Assembly (NCBI GenBank): GCA_964016885.1
Contig: OZ024745.1
Span: 18,662,001-18,726,000, forward strand
Origin: Eledone cirrhosa
Taxonomy: Eukaryota
Reading direction: 5' to 3'
Length of the DNA stretch: 64,000 nucleotides
Below, in pieces: positions 1 through 13,899 of the stretch (position 1 is the first letter of the stretch; each line of letters starts with the position of its first letter). Under the pieces are notes generated by a model, which worked only from the letters and a program-made list of their open reading frames with translations, had not been told where the DNA came from and searched no databases. The position numbers and the translations under genes were made by a program.

Positions 1-3000
1 ATGTTGTTGTTGGTGATGGTAGTGTTGTGTTGATGTTGTTGTTGGTGATGGTAGTGGTGTGTTGATGTTGTTGTTGGTGATGGTAGTGGTGTGTTGATGT
101 TGTTGTTGGTGATGGTAGTGGTGTGTTGATGTTGTTGTTGGTGATGGTAGTGGTGTGTTGATGTTGTTGTTGGTGATGGTAGTGGTGTGTTGATGTTGTT
201 ATTGGTGATGGTAGTGTTGTGTTGATGTTGGTGTTGGTGATGGTAGTGTTGTGTTGATGTTGTTGTTGGTGATGGTAATGTTGTGTTGATGTTGTTGTTG
301 ATGGTAGTGTTGTGTTGATGTTGTTGGTGATGGTAGTGTTGTGTTGATGTTGTTGTTGGTGATGGTAGTGTTGTGTTGATGTTGTTGTTGGTGATGGTAG
401 TTTTGTGTTGATGTTGTTGTTGGTGATGGTAGTGTTGTGTTGATGTTGTTGTTGGTGATGGTAGTGTTGTGTTGATGTTGTTGTTGGTGATGGTAGTGTT
501 GTGTTGATGTTGTTGGTGATGGTAGTGTTGTGTTGATGTTGTTGTTGGTGATGGTTGTGTTGTGTTGATGTTGTTGTTGGTGATGGTAGTGTTGTGTTGA
601 TGTTGTTGGTGATGGTAGTGTTGTGTTGATGTTGTTGGTGATGGTAGTGTTGTGTTGATGTTGTTGTTGGTGATGGTAGTGTTGTGTTGATGTTGTTGTT
701 GATGGTAGTGGTGTGTTGATGTTATTGTTGGTGATGGTAGTGTTGTGTTGATGTTGTTGTTGATGGTAGTGTTGTGTTGATGTTGTTATTGGTGATGGTA
801 GTGTTGTGTTGATGTTGTTGTTGGTGGTAGTGTTGTGTTGATATTGTTGTTGATGGTAGTGTTGTGTTGATGTTGTTGTTGGTGGTAGTGTTGTGTTGAT
901 GTTGTTATTGGTGATGGTAGTGTTGTGTTGATGTTGTTGTTGATGGTAGTGTTGTGTTGATGTTGTTGGTGATGGTAGTGTTGTGTTGATGTTGTTGTTG
1001 GTGGTAGTGTTGTGTTGATGTTGTTGTTGGTGATGGTAGTGTTGTGTTGATGTTGTTGTTGGTGATGGTAGTGTTGTGTTGATGTTGTTGTTGGTGATGG
1101 TAGTGTTGTGTTGATGTTGTTGTTGGTGATGGTAGTGTTGTGTTGATGTTGTTGGTGGTGATGGTAGTGGTGTGTTGATGTTGTTGTTGGTGGTAGTGTT
1201 GTGTTGATGTTATTGTTGGTTATGGTAGTGTTGTGTTGATGTTGTTGTTGGTGATGGTAGTGTTGTGTTGATGTTGTTGTTGATGGTAGTGTTGTGTTGA
1301 TGTTGTTATTGGTGATGGTAGTGTTGTGTTGATGTTGTTGTTGGTGGTAGTGTTGTGTTGATGTTGTTGTTGGTGATGGTAGTGTTGTGTTGATGTTGTT
1401 GTTGGTGATGGTAGTGTTGTGTTGATGTTGTTGGTGATGGTAGTGTTGCATTGTTGTTGTTGGTGGTGGTAGTGTTGTGTTGATGTTGTTGTTGCTGATG
1501 GTAGTGTTGTGTTGATGTTGTTATTGGTGATGGTAGTGTTGTGTTGATGTTGTTGTTGGTGATGGTAGTGTTGTGTTGATGTTGTTGTTGATGGTAGTGT
1601 TGTGTTGAAGTTGTTGGTGATGGTTGTGTTGTGTTGATGTTGTTGTTGGTGATGGTAGTGTTGTGTTGATGTTGTTTGTGATGGTAGTGTTGTGTTGATG
1701 TTGTTGGTGATGGTAGTGTTGTGTTGATGTTGTTGTTGATGGTAGTGTTGTGTTGATGTTGTTATTGGTGATGGTAGTGTTGTGTTGATGTTGTTGTTGG
1801 TGGTAGTGTTGTGTTGATATTGTTGTTGATGGTAGTGTTGTGTTGATGTTGTTGTTGGTGATGGTAGTGTTGTGTTGATGTTGTTGTTGGTGATGGTAGT
1901 GTTGTGTTGATGTTGTTGTTGGTGATGGTAGTGGTGTGTTGATGTTGTTGTTGGTGATGGTAGTGTTGTGTTGATGTTGTTGTTGTTGATGGTAGTGTTG
2001 TGTTAATGTTGTTGTTGCTGATGGTAGTGGTGTGTTGATGTTGTTGTTGGTGATGGTAGTGTTGTGTTGATGTTGTTGTTGTTGATGGTAGTGTTGTGTT
2101 GATGTTGTTGTTGGTGATGGTAGTGTTGTGTTAATGTTGTTGTTGGTGATGGTAGTGGTGTGTTGATGTTGTTGTTGGTGATGGTAGTGTTGTGTTGATG
2201 TTGTTGTTGTTGATGGTAGTGTTATGTTGATGTTGTTGTTGGTGATGGTAGTGTTGTGTTAATGTTGTTGTTGGTGATGGTAGTGGAGTGTTGATGTTGT
2301 TGTTGGTGATGGTAGTGGTGTGTTGATGTTGTTGTTGGTGATGGTAGTGGTGTGTTGATGTTGTTGTTGGTGATGGTAGTGTTGTGTTAATGTTGTTGTT
2401 GGTGATGGTAGTGTTGTATTGATGTTGTTGTTGGTGATGGTAGTGGTGTGTTGATGTTGTTGTTGGTGATGGTAGTGGTGTGTTGATGTTGTTGTTGGTG
2501 ATGGTAGTGGTGTGTTGATGTTGTTGTTGGTGATGGTAGTGGTGTGTTGATGTTGTTGTTGGTGACGGTAGTGGTGTGTTGATGTTGTTATTGGTGATGG
2601 TAGTGTTGTGTTGATGTTGGTGTTGGTGATGGTAGTGTTGTGTTGATGTTGTTGTTGGTGATGGTAGTGTTGTGTTGATGTTGTTGTTGATGGTAGTGTT
2701 GTGTTGATGTTGTTGGTGATGGTAGTGTTGTGTTGATGTTGTTGTTGGTGATGGTAGTGTTGTGTTGATGTTGTTGTTGGTGATGGTAGTTTTGTGTTGA
2801 TGTTGTTGTTGGTGATGGTAGTGTTGTGTTGATGTTGTTGTTGGTGATGGTAGTGTTGTGTTGATGTTGTTGTTGGTGATGGTAGTGTTGTGTTGATGTT
2901 GTTGGTGATGGTAGTGTTGTGTTGATGTTGTTGTTGGTGATGGTTGTGTTGTGTTGATGTTGTTGTTGGTGATGGTAGTGTTGTGTTGATGTTGTTGGTG

Positions 3001-3099
3001 ATGGTAGTGTTGTGTTGATGTTGTTGGTGATGGTAGTGTTGTGTTGATGTTGTTGCTGGTGATGGTAGTGTTGTGTTGATGTTGTTGTTGATGGTAGTG

Positions 3100-6000
3100 T
3101 TGTGTTGATGTTGTTATTGGTGATGGTAGTGTTGTGTTGATGTTGTTGTTGGTGGTAGTGTTGTGTTGATATTGTTGTTGATGGTAGTGTTGTGTTGATG
3201 TTGTTGTTGGTGGTAGTGTTGTGTTGATGTTGTTATTGGTGATGGTAGTGTTGTGTTGATGTTGTTGTTGGTGATGGTAGTGTTGTGTTGATGTTGTTGT
3301 TGATGGTAGTGTTGTGTTGATGTTGTTGGTGATGGTAGTGTTGTGTTGATGTTGTTGTTGGTGGTAATGTTGTGTTGATGTTGTTGTTGGTGATGGTAGT
3401 GTTGTGTTGATGTTGTTATTGGTGATGGTAGTGTTGTGTTGATTTTGTTGTTGGTGGTAGTGTTGTGTTGATGTTGTTGTTGGTGATGGTAGTGTTGTGT
3501 TGATGTTGTTGTTGGTGATGGTAGTGTTGTGTTGATGTTGTTGTTGGTGATGGTAGTGTTGTGTTGATGTTGTTGTTGGTGATGGTAGTGTTGTGTTGAT
3601 GTTGTTGGTGGTGATGGTAGTGGTGTGTTGATGTTGTTGTTGGTGGTAGTGTTGTGTTGATGTTGTTGTTGGTTATGGTAGTGTTGTGTTGATGTTGTTG
3701 TTGGTGATGGTAGTGTTGTGTTGATGTTGTTGTTGATGGTAGTGTTGTGTTGATATTGTTATTGGTGATGGTAGTGTTGTGTTGATGTTGTTGTTGGTGG
3801 TAGTGTTGTGTTGATGTTGTTGTTGGTGATGGTAGTGTTGTGTTGATGTTGTTGTTGGTGATGGTAGTGTTGTGTTGATGTTGTTGGTGATGGTAGTGTT
3901 GCGTTGTTGTTGTTGGTGGTGGTAGTGTTGTGTTGATGTTGTTGTTGCTGATGGTAGTGTTGTGTTGATGTTGTTATTGGTGATGGTAGTGTTGTGTTGA
4001 TGTTGTTGTTGGTGATGGTAGTGTTGTGTTGATGTTGTTGGTGATGGTAGTGTTGTGTTGATGTTGTTGGTGATGGTTGTGTTGTGTTGATGTTGTTGTT
4101 GGTGATGGTAGTGTTGTGTTGATGTTGTTGGTGATGGTAGTGTTGTGTTGATGTTGTTGGTGATGGTAGTGTTGTGTTGATGTTGTTGTTGATGGTAGTG
4201 TTGTGTTGATGTTGTTATTGGTGATGGTAGTGTTGTGTTGATGTTGTTGTTGGTGGTAGTGTTGTGTTGATATTGTTGTTGATGGTAGTGTTGTGTTGAT
4301 GTTGTTGTTGGTGGTAGTGTTGTGTTGATGTTGTTATTGGTGATGGTAGTGTTGTGTTGATGTTGTTGTTGGTGATGGTAGTGTTGTGTTGATGTTGTTG
4401 GTGATGGTAGTGTTGTGTTGATGTTGTTGTTGGTGGTAATGTTGTGTTGATGTTGTTGTTGGTGATGGTAGTGTTGTGTTGATGTTGTTATTGGTGATGG
4501 TAGTGTTGTGTTGATGTTGTTGTTGGTGGTAGTGTTGTGTTGATGTTGTTGTTGGTGATGGTAGTGTTGTGTTGATGTTGTTGTTGGTGATGGTAGTGTT
4601 GTGTTGATGTTGTTGTTGGTGATGGTAGTGTTGTGTTGATGTTGTTGTTGGTGGTAGTGTTGTGTTGATGTTGTTGTTGGTTATGGTAGTGTTGTGTTGA
4701 TGTTGTTGTTGGTGATGGTAGTGTTGTGTTGATGTTGTTGTTGATGGTAGTGTTGTGTTGATGATGTTATTGGTGATGGTAGTGTTGTGTTGATGTTGTT
4801 GTTGGTGGTAGTGTTGTGTTGATGTTGTTGTTGGTGATGGTAGTGTTTTGTTGATGTTGTTGTTGGTGATGGTAGTGTTGTGTTGATGTTGTTGGTGATG
4901 GTAGTGTTGTGTTGTTGTTGTTGGTGGTGGTAGTGTTGTGTTGATGTTGTTGTTGCTGATGGTAGTGTTGTGTTGATGTTGTTATTGGTGATGGTAGTGT
5001 TGTGTTGATGTTGTTGTTGGTGATGGTAGTGTTGTGTTGATGTTGTTGGTGATGGTAGTGTTGTGTTGATGTTGTTGTTGATGGTAGTGTTGTGTTGATG
5101 TTGTTATTGGTGATGGTAGTGTTGTGTTGATGTTGTTGTTGGTGGTAGTGTTGTGTTGATATTGTTGTTGATGGTAGTGTTGTGTTGATGTTGTTGTTGG
5201 TGGTAGTGTTGTGTTGATGTTGTTATTGGTGATGGTAGTGTTGTGTTGATGTTGTTGTTGGTGATGGTAGTGTTGTGTTGATGTTGTTGTTGATGGTAGT
5301 GTTGTGTTGATGTTGTTGGTGATGGTAGTGTTGTGTTGATGTTGTTGTTGGTGGTAATGTTGTGTTGATGTTGTTGTTGGTGATGGTAGTGTTGTGTTGA
5401 TGTTGTTATTGGTGATGGTAGTGTTGTGTTGATTTTGTTGTTGGTGGTAGTGTTGTGTTGATGTTGTTGTTGGTGATGGTAGTGTTGTGTTGATGTTGTT
5501 GTTGGTGATGGTAGTGTTGTGTTGATGTTGTTGTTGGTGATGGTAGTGTTGTGTTGATGTTGTTGTTGGTGATGGTAGTGTTGTGTTGATGTTGTTGGTG
5601 GTGATGGTAGTGGTGTGTTGATGTTGTTGTTGGAGGTAGTGTTGTGTTGATGTTGTTGTTGGTTATGGTAGTGTTGTGTTGATGTTGTTGTTGGTGATGG
5701 TAGTGTTGTGTTGATGTTGTTGTTGATGGTAGTGTTGTGTTGATGTTGTTATTGGTGATGGTAGTGTTGTGTTGATGTTGTTGTTGGTGGTAGTGTTGTG
5801 TTGATGTTGTTGTTGGTGATGGTAGTGTTGTGTTGATGTTGTTGTTGGTGATGGTAGTGTTGTGTTGATGTTGTTGGTGATGGTAGTGTTGCGTTGTTGT
5901 TGTTGGTGGTGGTAGTGTTGTGTTGATGTTGTTGTTGCTGATGGTAGTGTTGTGTTGATGTTGTTATTGGTGATGGTAGTGTTGTGTTGATGTTGTTGTT

Positions 6001-9000
6001 GGTGATGGTAGTGTTGTGTTGATGTTGTTGGTGATGGTAGTGTTGTGTTGATGTTGTTGGTGATGGTTGTGTTGTGTTGATGTTGTTGTTGGTGATGGTA
6101 GTGTTGTGTTGATGTTGTTGGTGATGGTAGTGTTGTGTTGATGTTGTTGGTGATGGTAGTGTTGTGTTGATGTTGTTGTTGATGGTAGTGTTGTGTTGAT
6201 GTTGTTATTGGTGATGGTAGTGTTGTGTTGATGTTGTTGTTGGTGGTAGTGTTGTGTTGATATTGTTGTTGATGGTAGTGTTGTGTTGATGTTGTTGTTG
6301 GTGGTAGTGTTGTGTTGATGTTGTTATTGGTGATGGTAGTGTTGTGTTGATGTTGTTGTTGGTGATGGTAGTGTTGTGTTGATGTTTTTGTTGGTGGTAG
6401 TGTTGTGTTGATGTTGTTATTGGTGATGGTAGTGTTGTGTTGATGTTGTTGTTGGTGATGGTAGTGTTGTGTTGATGTTGTTGGTGATGGTAGTGTTGTG
6501 TTGATGTTGTTGTTGGTGGTAATGTTGTGTTGATGTTGTTGTTGGTGATGGTAGTGTTGTGTTGATGTTGTTATTGGTGATGGTAGTGTTGTGTTGATGT
6601 TGTTGTTGGTGGTAGTGTTGTGTTGATGTTGTTGTTGGTGATGGTAGTGTTGTGTTGATGTTGTTGTTGGTGATGGTAGTGTTGTGTTGATGTTGTTGTT
6701 GGTGATGGTAGTGTTGTGTTGATGTTGTTGTTGGTGGTAGTGTTGTGTTGATGTTGTTGTTGGTTATGGTAGTGTTGTGTTGATGTTGTTGTTGGTGATG
6801 GTAGTGTTGTGTTGATGTTGTTGTTGATGGTAGTGTTGTGTTGATGATGTTATTGGTGATGGTAGTGTTGTGTTGATGTTGTTGTTGGTGGTAGTGTTGT
6901 GTTGATGTTGTTGTTGGTGATGGTAGTGTTTTGTTGATGTTGTTGTTGGTGATGGTAGTGTTGTGTTGATGTTGTTGGTGATGGTAGTGTTGTGTTGTTG
7001 TTGTTGGTGGTGGTAGTGTTGTGTTGATGTTGTTGTTGCTGATGGTAGTGTTGTGTTGATGTTGTTATTGGTGATGGTAGTGTTGTGTTGATGTTGTTGT
7101 TGGTGATGGTAGTGTTGTGTTGATGTTGTTGGTGATGGTAGTGTTGTGTTGATGTTGTTGTTGGTGGTAATGTTGTGTTGATGTTGTTTTTGATGGTAGT
7201 GTTGTGTTGATGTTGTTAGTGATGGTAGTGTTGTGTTGATGTTGTTGGTGATGGTAGTGTTGTGTTGATGTTGTTGGTGATGGTAGTGTTGTGTTGATGT
7301 TGTTGTTGATGGTAGTGGTGTGTTGATGTTGTTGTTGGTGATGGTAGTGTTGTGTTGATGTTGTTGTTGGTGATGGTAGTGTTGTGTTGATGTTGTTGTT
7401 GGTGGTAGTGTTGTGTTGATGTTGTTGTTGGTTATGGTAGTGTTGTGTTGATGTTGTTGTTGGTGATGGTAGTGTTGTGTTGATGTTGTTGTTGGTGGTA
7501 GTGTTGTGTTGATATTGTTGTTGATGGTAGTGTTGTGTTGATGTTGTTGTTGGTGGTAGTGTTGTGTTGATGTTGTTATTGGTGATGGTAGTGTTGTGTT
7601 GATGTTGTTGTTGGTGATGGTAGTGTTGTGTTGATGTTGTTGTTGATGGTAGTGTTGTGTTGATGTTGTTGGTGATGGTAGTGTTGTGTTGATGTTGTTG
7701 TTGGTGGTAATGTTGTGTTGATGTTGTTGTTGGTGATGGTAGTGTTGTGTTGATGTTGTTATTGGTGATGGTAGTGTTGTGTTGATTTTGTTGTTGGTGG
7801 TAGTGTTGTGTTGATGTTGTTGTTGGTGATGGTAGTGTTGTGTTGATGTTGTTGTTGGTGATGGTAGTGTTGTGTTGATGTTGTTGTTGGTGATGGTAGT
7901 GTTGTGTTGATGTTGTTGTTGGTGATGGTAGTGTTGTGTTGATGTTGTTGGTGGTGATGGTAGTGGTGTGTTGATGTTGTTGTTGGTGGTAGTGTTGTGT
8001 TGATGTTGTTGTTGGTTATGGTAGTGTTGTGTTGATGTTGTTGTTGGTGATGGTAGTGTTGTGTTGATGTTGTTGTTGATGGTAGTGTTGTGTTGATGTT
8101 GTTATTGGTGATGGTAGTGTTGTGTTGATGTTGTTGTTGGTGGTAGTGTTGTGTTGATGTTGTTGTTGGTGATGGTAGTGTTGTGTTGATGTTGTTGTTG
8201 GTGATGGTAGTGTTGTGTTGATGTTGTTGGTGATGATAGTGTTGCGTTGTTGTTGTTGGTGGTGGTAGTGTTGTGTTGATGTTGTTGTTGCTGATGGTAG
8301 TGTTGTGTTGATGTTGTTATTGGTGATGGTAGTGTTGTGTTGATGTTGTTGTTGGTGATGGTAGTGTTGTGTTGATGTTGTTGGTGATGGTAGTGTTGTG
8401 TTGATGTTGTTGGTGATGGTTGTGTTGTGTTGATGTTGTTGTTGGTGATGGTAGTGTTGTGTTGATGTTGTTGGTGATGGTAGTGTTGTGTTGATGTTGT
8501 TGGTGATGGTAGTGTTGTGTTGATGTTGTTGTTGATGGTAGTGTTGTGTTGATGTTGTTATTGGTGATGGTAGTGTTGTGTTGATGTTGTTGTTGGTGGT
8601 AGTGTTGTGTTGATATTGTTGTTGATGGTAGTGTTGTGTTGATGTTGTTGTTGGTGGTAGTGTTGTGTTGATGTTGTTATTGGTGATGGTAGTGTTGTGT
8701 TGATGTTGTTGTTGGTGATGGTAGTGTTGTGTTGATGTTTTTGTTGGTGGTAGTGTTGTGTTGATGTTGTTATTGGTGATGGTAGTGTTGTGTTGATGTT
8801 GTTGTTGGTGATGGTAGTGTTGTGTTGATGTTGTTGGTGATGGTAGTGTTGTGTTGATGTTGTTGTTGGTGGTAATGTTGTGTTGATGTTGTTGTTGGTG
8901 ATGGTAGTGTTGTGTTGATGTTGTTATTGGTGATGGTAGTGTTGTGTTGATGTTGTTGTTGGTGGTAGTGTTGTGTTGATATTGTTGTTGGTGATGGTAG

Positions 9001-9800
9001 TGTTGTGTTGATGTTGTTGTTGGTGATGGTAGTGTTGTGTTGATGTTGTTGTTGGTGATGGTAGTGTTGTGTTGATGTTGTTGTTGGTGGTAGTGTTGTG
9101 TTGATGTTGTTGTTGGTTATGGTAGTGTTGTGTTGATGTTGTTGTTGGTGATGGTAGTGTTGTGTTGATGTTGTTGTTGATGGTAGTGTTGTGTTGATGA
9201 TGTTATTGGTGATGGTAGTGTTGTGTTGATGTTGTTGTTGGTGGTAGTGTTGTGTTGATGTTGTTGTTGGTGATGGTAGTGTTTTGTTGATGTTGTTGTT
9301 GGTGATGGTAGTGTTGTGTTGATGTTGTTGGTGATGGTAGTGTTGTGTTGTTGTTGTTGGTGGTGGTAGTGTTGTGTTGATGTTGTTGTTGCTGATGGTA
9401 GTGTTGTGTTGATGTTGTTATTGGTGATGGTAGTGTTGTGTTGATGTTGTTGTTGGTGATGGTAGTGTTGTGTTGATGTTGTTGGTGATGGTAGTGTTGT
9501 GTTGATGTTGTTGTTGGTGGTAATGTTGTGTTGATGTTGTTTTTGATGGTAGTGTTGTGTTGATGTTGTTAGTGATGGTAGTGTTGTGTTGATGTTGTTG
9601 GTGATGGTAGTGTTGTGTTGATGTTGTTGGTGATGGTAGTGTTGTGTTGATGTTGTTGTTGATGGTAGTGGTGTGTTGATGTTGTTGTTGGTGATGGTAG
9701 TGTTGTGTTGATGTTGTTGTTGGTGATGGTAGTGTTGTGTTGATGTTGTTGTTGGTGGTAGTGTTGTGTTGATGTTGTTGTTGGTTATGGTAGTGTTGTG
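3100..9800. repeat. Higher-order repeat, about three copies, period 2.0-2.35 kb
   Basis: Marker GTTGCGTTG (C at 3902, 5892, 8245) and GATTTTG (3441, 5431, 7784) both recur at 1990 and 2353 bp. GATGATGTTATT (4760, 6843, 9196) recurs at 2083 and 2353 bp. Boundaries approximate. Confidence 0.85.
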
Positions 9801-12800
9801 TTGATGTTGTTGTTGGTGATGGTAGTGTTGTGTTGATGTTGTTGTTGATGGTAGTGTTGTGTTGATGTTGTTATTGGTGATGGTAGTGTTGTGTTGATGT
9901 TGTTGTTGGTGGTAGTGTTGTGTTGATGTTGTTGTTGGTGATGGTAGTGTTGTGTTGATGTTGTTGTTGGTGATGGTAGTGTTGTGTTGATGTTGTTGGT
10001 GATGGTAGTGTTGTGTTGTTGTTGTTGGTGGTGGTAGTGTTGTGTTGATGTTGTTGTTGCTGATGGTAGTGTTGTGTTGATGTTGTTATTGGTGATGGTA
10101 GTGTTGTGTTGATGTTGTTGTTGGTGATGGTAGTGTTGTGTTGATGTTGTTGGTGATGGTAGTGTTGTGTTGATGTTGTTGGTGATGGTTGTGTTGTGTT
10201 GATGTTGTTGTTGGTGATGGTAGTGTTGTGTTGATGTTGTTGGTGATGGTAGTGTTGTGTTGATGTTGTTGGTGATGGTAGTGTTGTGTTGATGTTGTTG
10301 GTGATGGTAGTGTTGTGTTGATGTTGTTGTTGATGGTAGTGGTGTGTTGATGTTGTTGTTGGTGATGGTAGTGTTGTGTTGATGTTGTTGTTGATGGTAG
10401 TGTTGTGTTGATGTTCTTATTGGTGATGGTAGTGTTGTGTTGATGTTGTTGTTGGTGGTAGTGTTGTGTTGATATTGTTGTTGATGGTAGTGTTGTGTTG
10501 ATGTTGTTGTTGGTGGTAGTGTTGTGTTGATGTTGTTATTGGTGATGGTAGTGTTGTGTTGATGTTGTTGTTGGTGATGGTAGTGTTGTGTTGATGTTTT
10601 TGTTGGTGGTAGTGTTGTGTTGATGTTGTTATTGGTGATGGTAGTGTTGTGTTGATGTTGTTGTTGGTGATGGTAGTGTTGTGTTGATGTTGTTGGTGAT
10701 GGTAGTGTTGTGTTGATGTTGTTGTTGGTGGTAATGTTGTGTTGATTTTGTTGTTGGTGATGGTAGTGTTGTGTTGATGTTGTTATTGGTGATGGTAGTG
10801 TTGTGTTGATGTTGTTGTTGGTGGTAGTGTTGTGTTGATGTTGTTGTTGGTGATGGTAGTGTTGTGTTGATGTTGTTGTTGGTGATGGTAGTGTTGTGTT
10901 GATGTTGTTGTTGGTGATGGTAGTGTTGTGTTGATGTTGTTGTTGGTGGTAGTGTTGTGTTGATGTTGTTGTTGGTTATAGTAGTGTTGTGTTGATGTTG
11001 TTGTTGGTGATGGTAGTGTTGTGTTGATGTTGTTGTTGATGGTAGTGTTGTGTTGATGTTGTTATTGGTGATGGTAGTGTTGTGTTGATGTTGTTGTTGG
11101 TGGTAGTGTTGTGTTGATGTTGTTGTTGGTGATGGTAGTGTTGTGTTGATGTTGTTGTTGGTGATGGTAGTGTTGTGTTGATGTTGTTGGTGATGGTAGT
11201 GTTGTGTTGTTGTTGTTGGTGGTGGTAGTGTTGTGTTGATGTTGTTGTTGGTGGTAATGTTGTGTTGATGTTGTTTTTGATGGTAGTGTTGTGTTGATGT
11301 TGTTAGTGATGGTAGTGGTGTGTTGATGTTGTTGTTGGTGATGGTAGTGTTGTGTTGTTGTTGTTGTTGGTGGTGGTAGTGTTGTGTTGATGTTGTTGTT
11401 GCTGATGGTAGTGTTGTGTTGATGTTGTTGGTAATGGTTGTGTTGTGTTGATGTTGTTGTTGGTGATGGTAGTGTTGTGTTGATGTTGTTGGTGATGGTA
11501 GTGTTGTGTTGATGTTGTTGGTGATGGTAGTGTTGTGTTGATGTTGTTGGTGATGGTAGTGTTGTGTTGATGTTGTTGTTGATGGTAGTGGTGTGTTGAT
11601 GTTGTTGTTGGTGATGGTAGTGTTGTGTTGATGTTGTTGTTGATGGTAGTGTTGTGTTGATGTTGTTATTGGTGATGGTAGTGTTGTGTTGATGTTGTTG
11701 TTGGTGGTAGTGTTGTGTTGATATTGTTGTTGATGGTAGTGTTGTGTTGATGTTGTTGTTGGTGGTAGTGTTGTGTTGATGTTGTTATTGGTGATGGTAG
11801 TGTTGTGTTGATGTTGTTGTTGGTGATGGTAGTGTTGTGTTGATGTTTTTGTTGGTGGTAGTGTTGTGTTGATGTTGTTATTGGTGATGGTAGTGTTGTG
11901 TTTATGTTGTTGTTGGTGATGGTAGTGTTGTGTTGATGTTGTTGGTGATGGTAGTGTTGTGTTGATGTTGTTGTTGGTGGTAATGTTGTGTTGATTTTGT
12001 TGTTGGTGATGGTAGTGTTGTGTTGATGTTGTTATTGGTGATGGTAGTGTTGTGTTGATGTTGTGGTTGGTGGTAGTGTTGTGTTGATGTTGTTGTTGGT
12101 GATGGTAGTGTTGTGTTGATGTTGTTGTTGGTGATGGTAGTGTTGTGTTGATGTTGTTGTTGGTGATGGTAGTGTTGTGTTGATGTTGTTGTTGGTGGTA
12201 GTGTTGTGTTGATGTTGTTGTTGGTTATGGTAGTGTTGTGTTGATGTTGTTGTTGGTGATGGTAGTGTTGTGTTGATGTTGTTGTTGATGGTAGTGTTGT
12301 GTTGATGTTGTTATTGGTGATGGTAGTGTTGTGTTGATGTTGTTGTTGGTGGTAGTGTTGTGTTGATGTTGTTGTTGGTGATGGTAATGTTGTGTTGATG
12401 TTGTTGTTGGTGATGGTAGTGTTGTGTTGATGTTGTTGGTGATGGTAGTGTTGTGTTGTTGTTGTTGGTGGTGGTAGTGTTGTGTTGATGTTGTTGTTGC
12501 TGATGGTAGTGTTGTGTTGATGTTGTTATTGGTGATGGTAGTGTTGTGTTGATGTTGTTGTTGGTGATTGTAGTGTTGTGTTGATGTTGTTGGTGATGGT
12601 AGTGTTGTGTTGATGTTGTTGTTGGTGGTAATGTTGTGTTGATGTTGTTTTTGATGGTAGTGTTGTGTTGATGTTGTTAGTGATGGTAGTGTTGTGTTGA
12701 TGTTGTTGGTGATGGTACTGTTGTGTTGATGTTGTTGTTGGTGATGGTAGTGTTGTGTTGATGTTTTTGTTGGTGGTAGTGTTGTGTTGATGTTGTTATT

Positions 12801-13899
12801 GGTGATGGTAGTGTTGTGTTGATGTTGTTGTTGGTGATGGTAGTGTTGTGTTGATGTTGTTGGTGATGGTAGTGTTGTGTTGATGTTGTTGGTGATGGTA
12901 GTGTTGTGTTGATGTTGTTGTTGATGGTAGTGTTGTGTTGATGTTGTTATTGGTGATGGTAGTGTTGTGTTGATGTTGTTGTTGGTGGTAGTGTTGTGTT
13001 GATATTGTTGTTGATGGTAGTGTTGTGTTGATGTTGTTGTTGGTGGTAGTGTTGTGTTGATGTTGTTATTGGTGATGGTAGTGTTGTGTTGATGTTGTTG
13101 TTGGTGATGGTAGTGTTGTGTTGATGTTTTTGTTGGTGGTAGTGTTGTGTTGATGTTGTTATTGGTGATGGTAGTGTTGTGTTGATGTTGTTGTTGGTGA
13201 TGGTAGTGTTGTGTTGATGTTGTTGGTGATGGTAGTGTTGTGTTGATGTTGTTGTTGGTGGTAATGTTGTGTTGATTTTGTTGTTGGTGATGGTAGTGTT
13301 GTGTTGATGTTGTTATTGGTGATGGTAGTGTTGTGTTGATGTTGTTGTTGGTGGTAGTGTTGTGTTGATGTTGTTGTTGGTGAAGGTAGTGTTGTGTTGA
13401 TGTTGTTGTTGTTGATGGTAGTGTTGTGTTGATGTTGTTGTTGGTGATGGTAGTGTTGTGTTGATGTTGTTGTTGGTGGTAGTGTTGTGTTGATGTTGTT
13501 GTTGGTTATGGTAGTGTTGTGTTGATGTTGTTGTTGGTGATGGTAGTGTTGTGTTGATGTTGTTGTTGATGGTAGTGTTGTGTTGATGTTGTTATTGGTG
13601 ATGGTAGTGTTGTGTTGATGTTGTTGTTGGTGGTAGTGTTGTGTTGATGTTGTTGTTGGTGATGGTAGTGTTGTGTTGATGTTGTTGTTGGTGATGGTAG
13701 TGTTGTGTTGATGTTGTTGGTGATGGTAGTGTTGTGTTGTTGTTGTTGGTGGTGGTAGTGTTGTGTTGATGTTGTTGTTGCTGATGGTAGTGTTGTGTTG
13801 ATGTTGTTATTGGTGATGGTAGTGTTGTGTTGATGTTGTTGTTGGTGATGGTAGTGTTGTGTTGATGTTGTTGGTGATGGTAGTGTTGTGTTGATGTTG

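Noticed and set aside
786-1451. 221 aa minus-strand ORF (His/Gln/Thr/Asn-rich, mucin-like) as a real CDS
   Set aside because: It is a plain translation of the satellite. The start codon comes from one point variant, and there is no unique domain, signal peptide or non-repeat flank.
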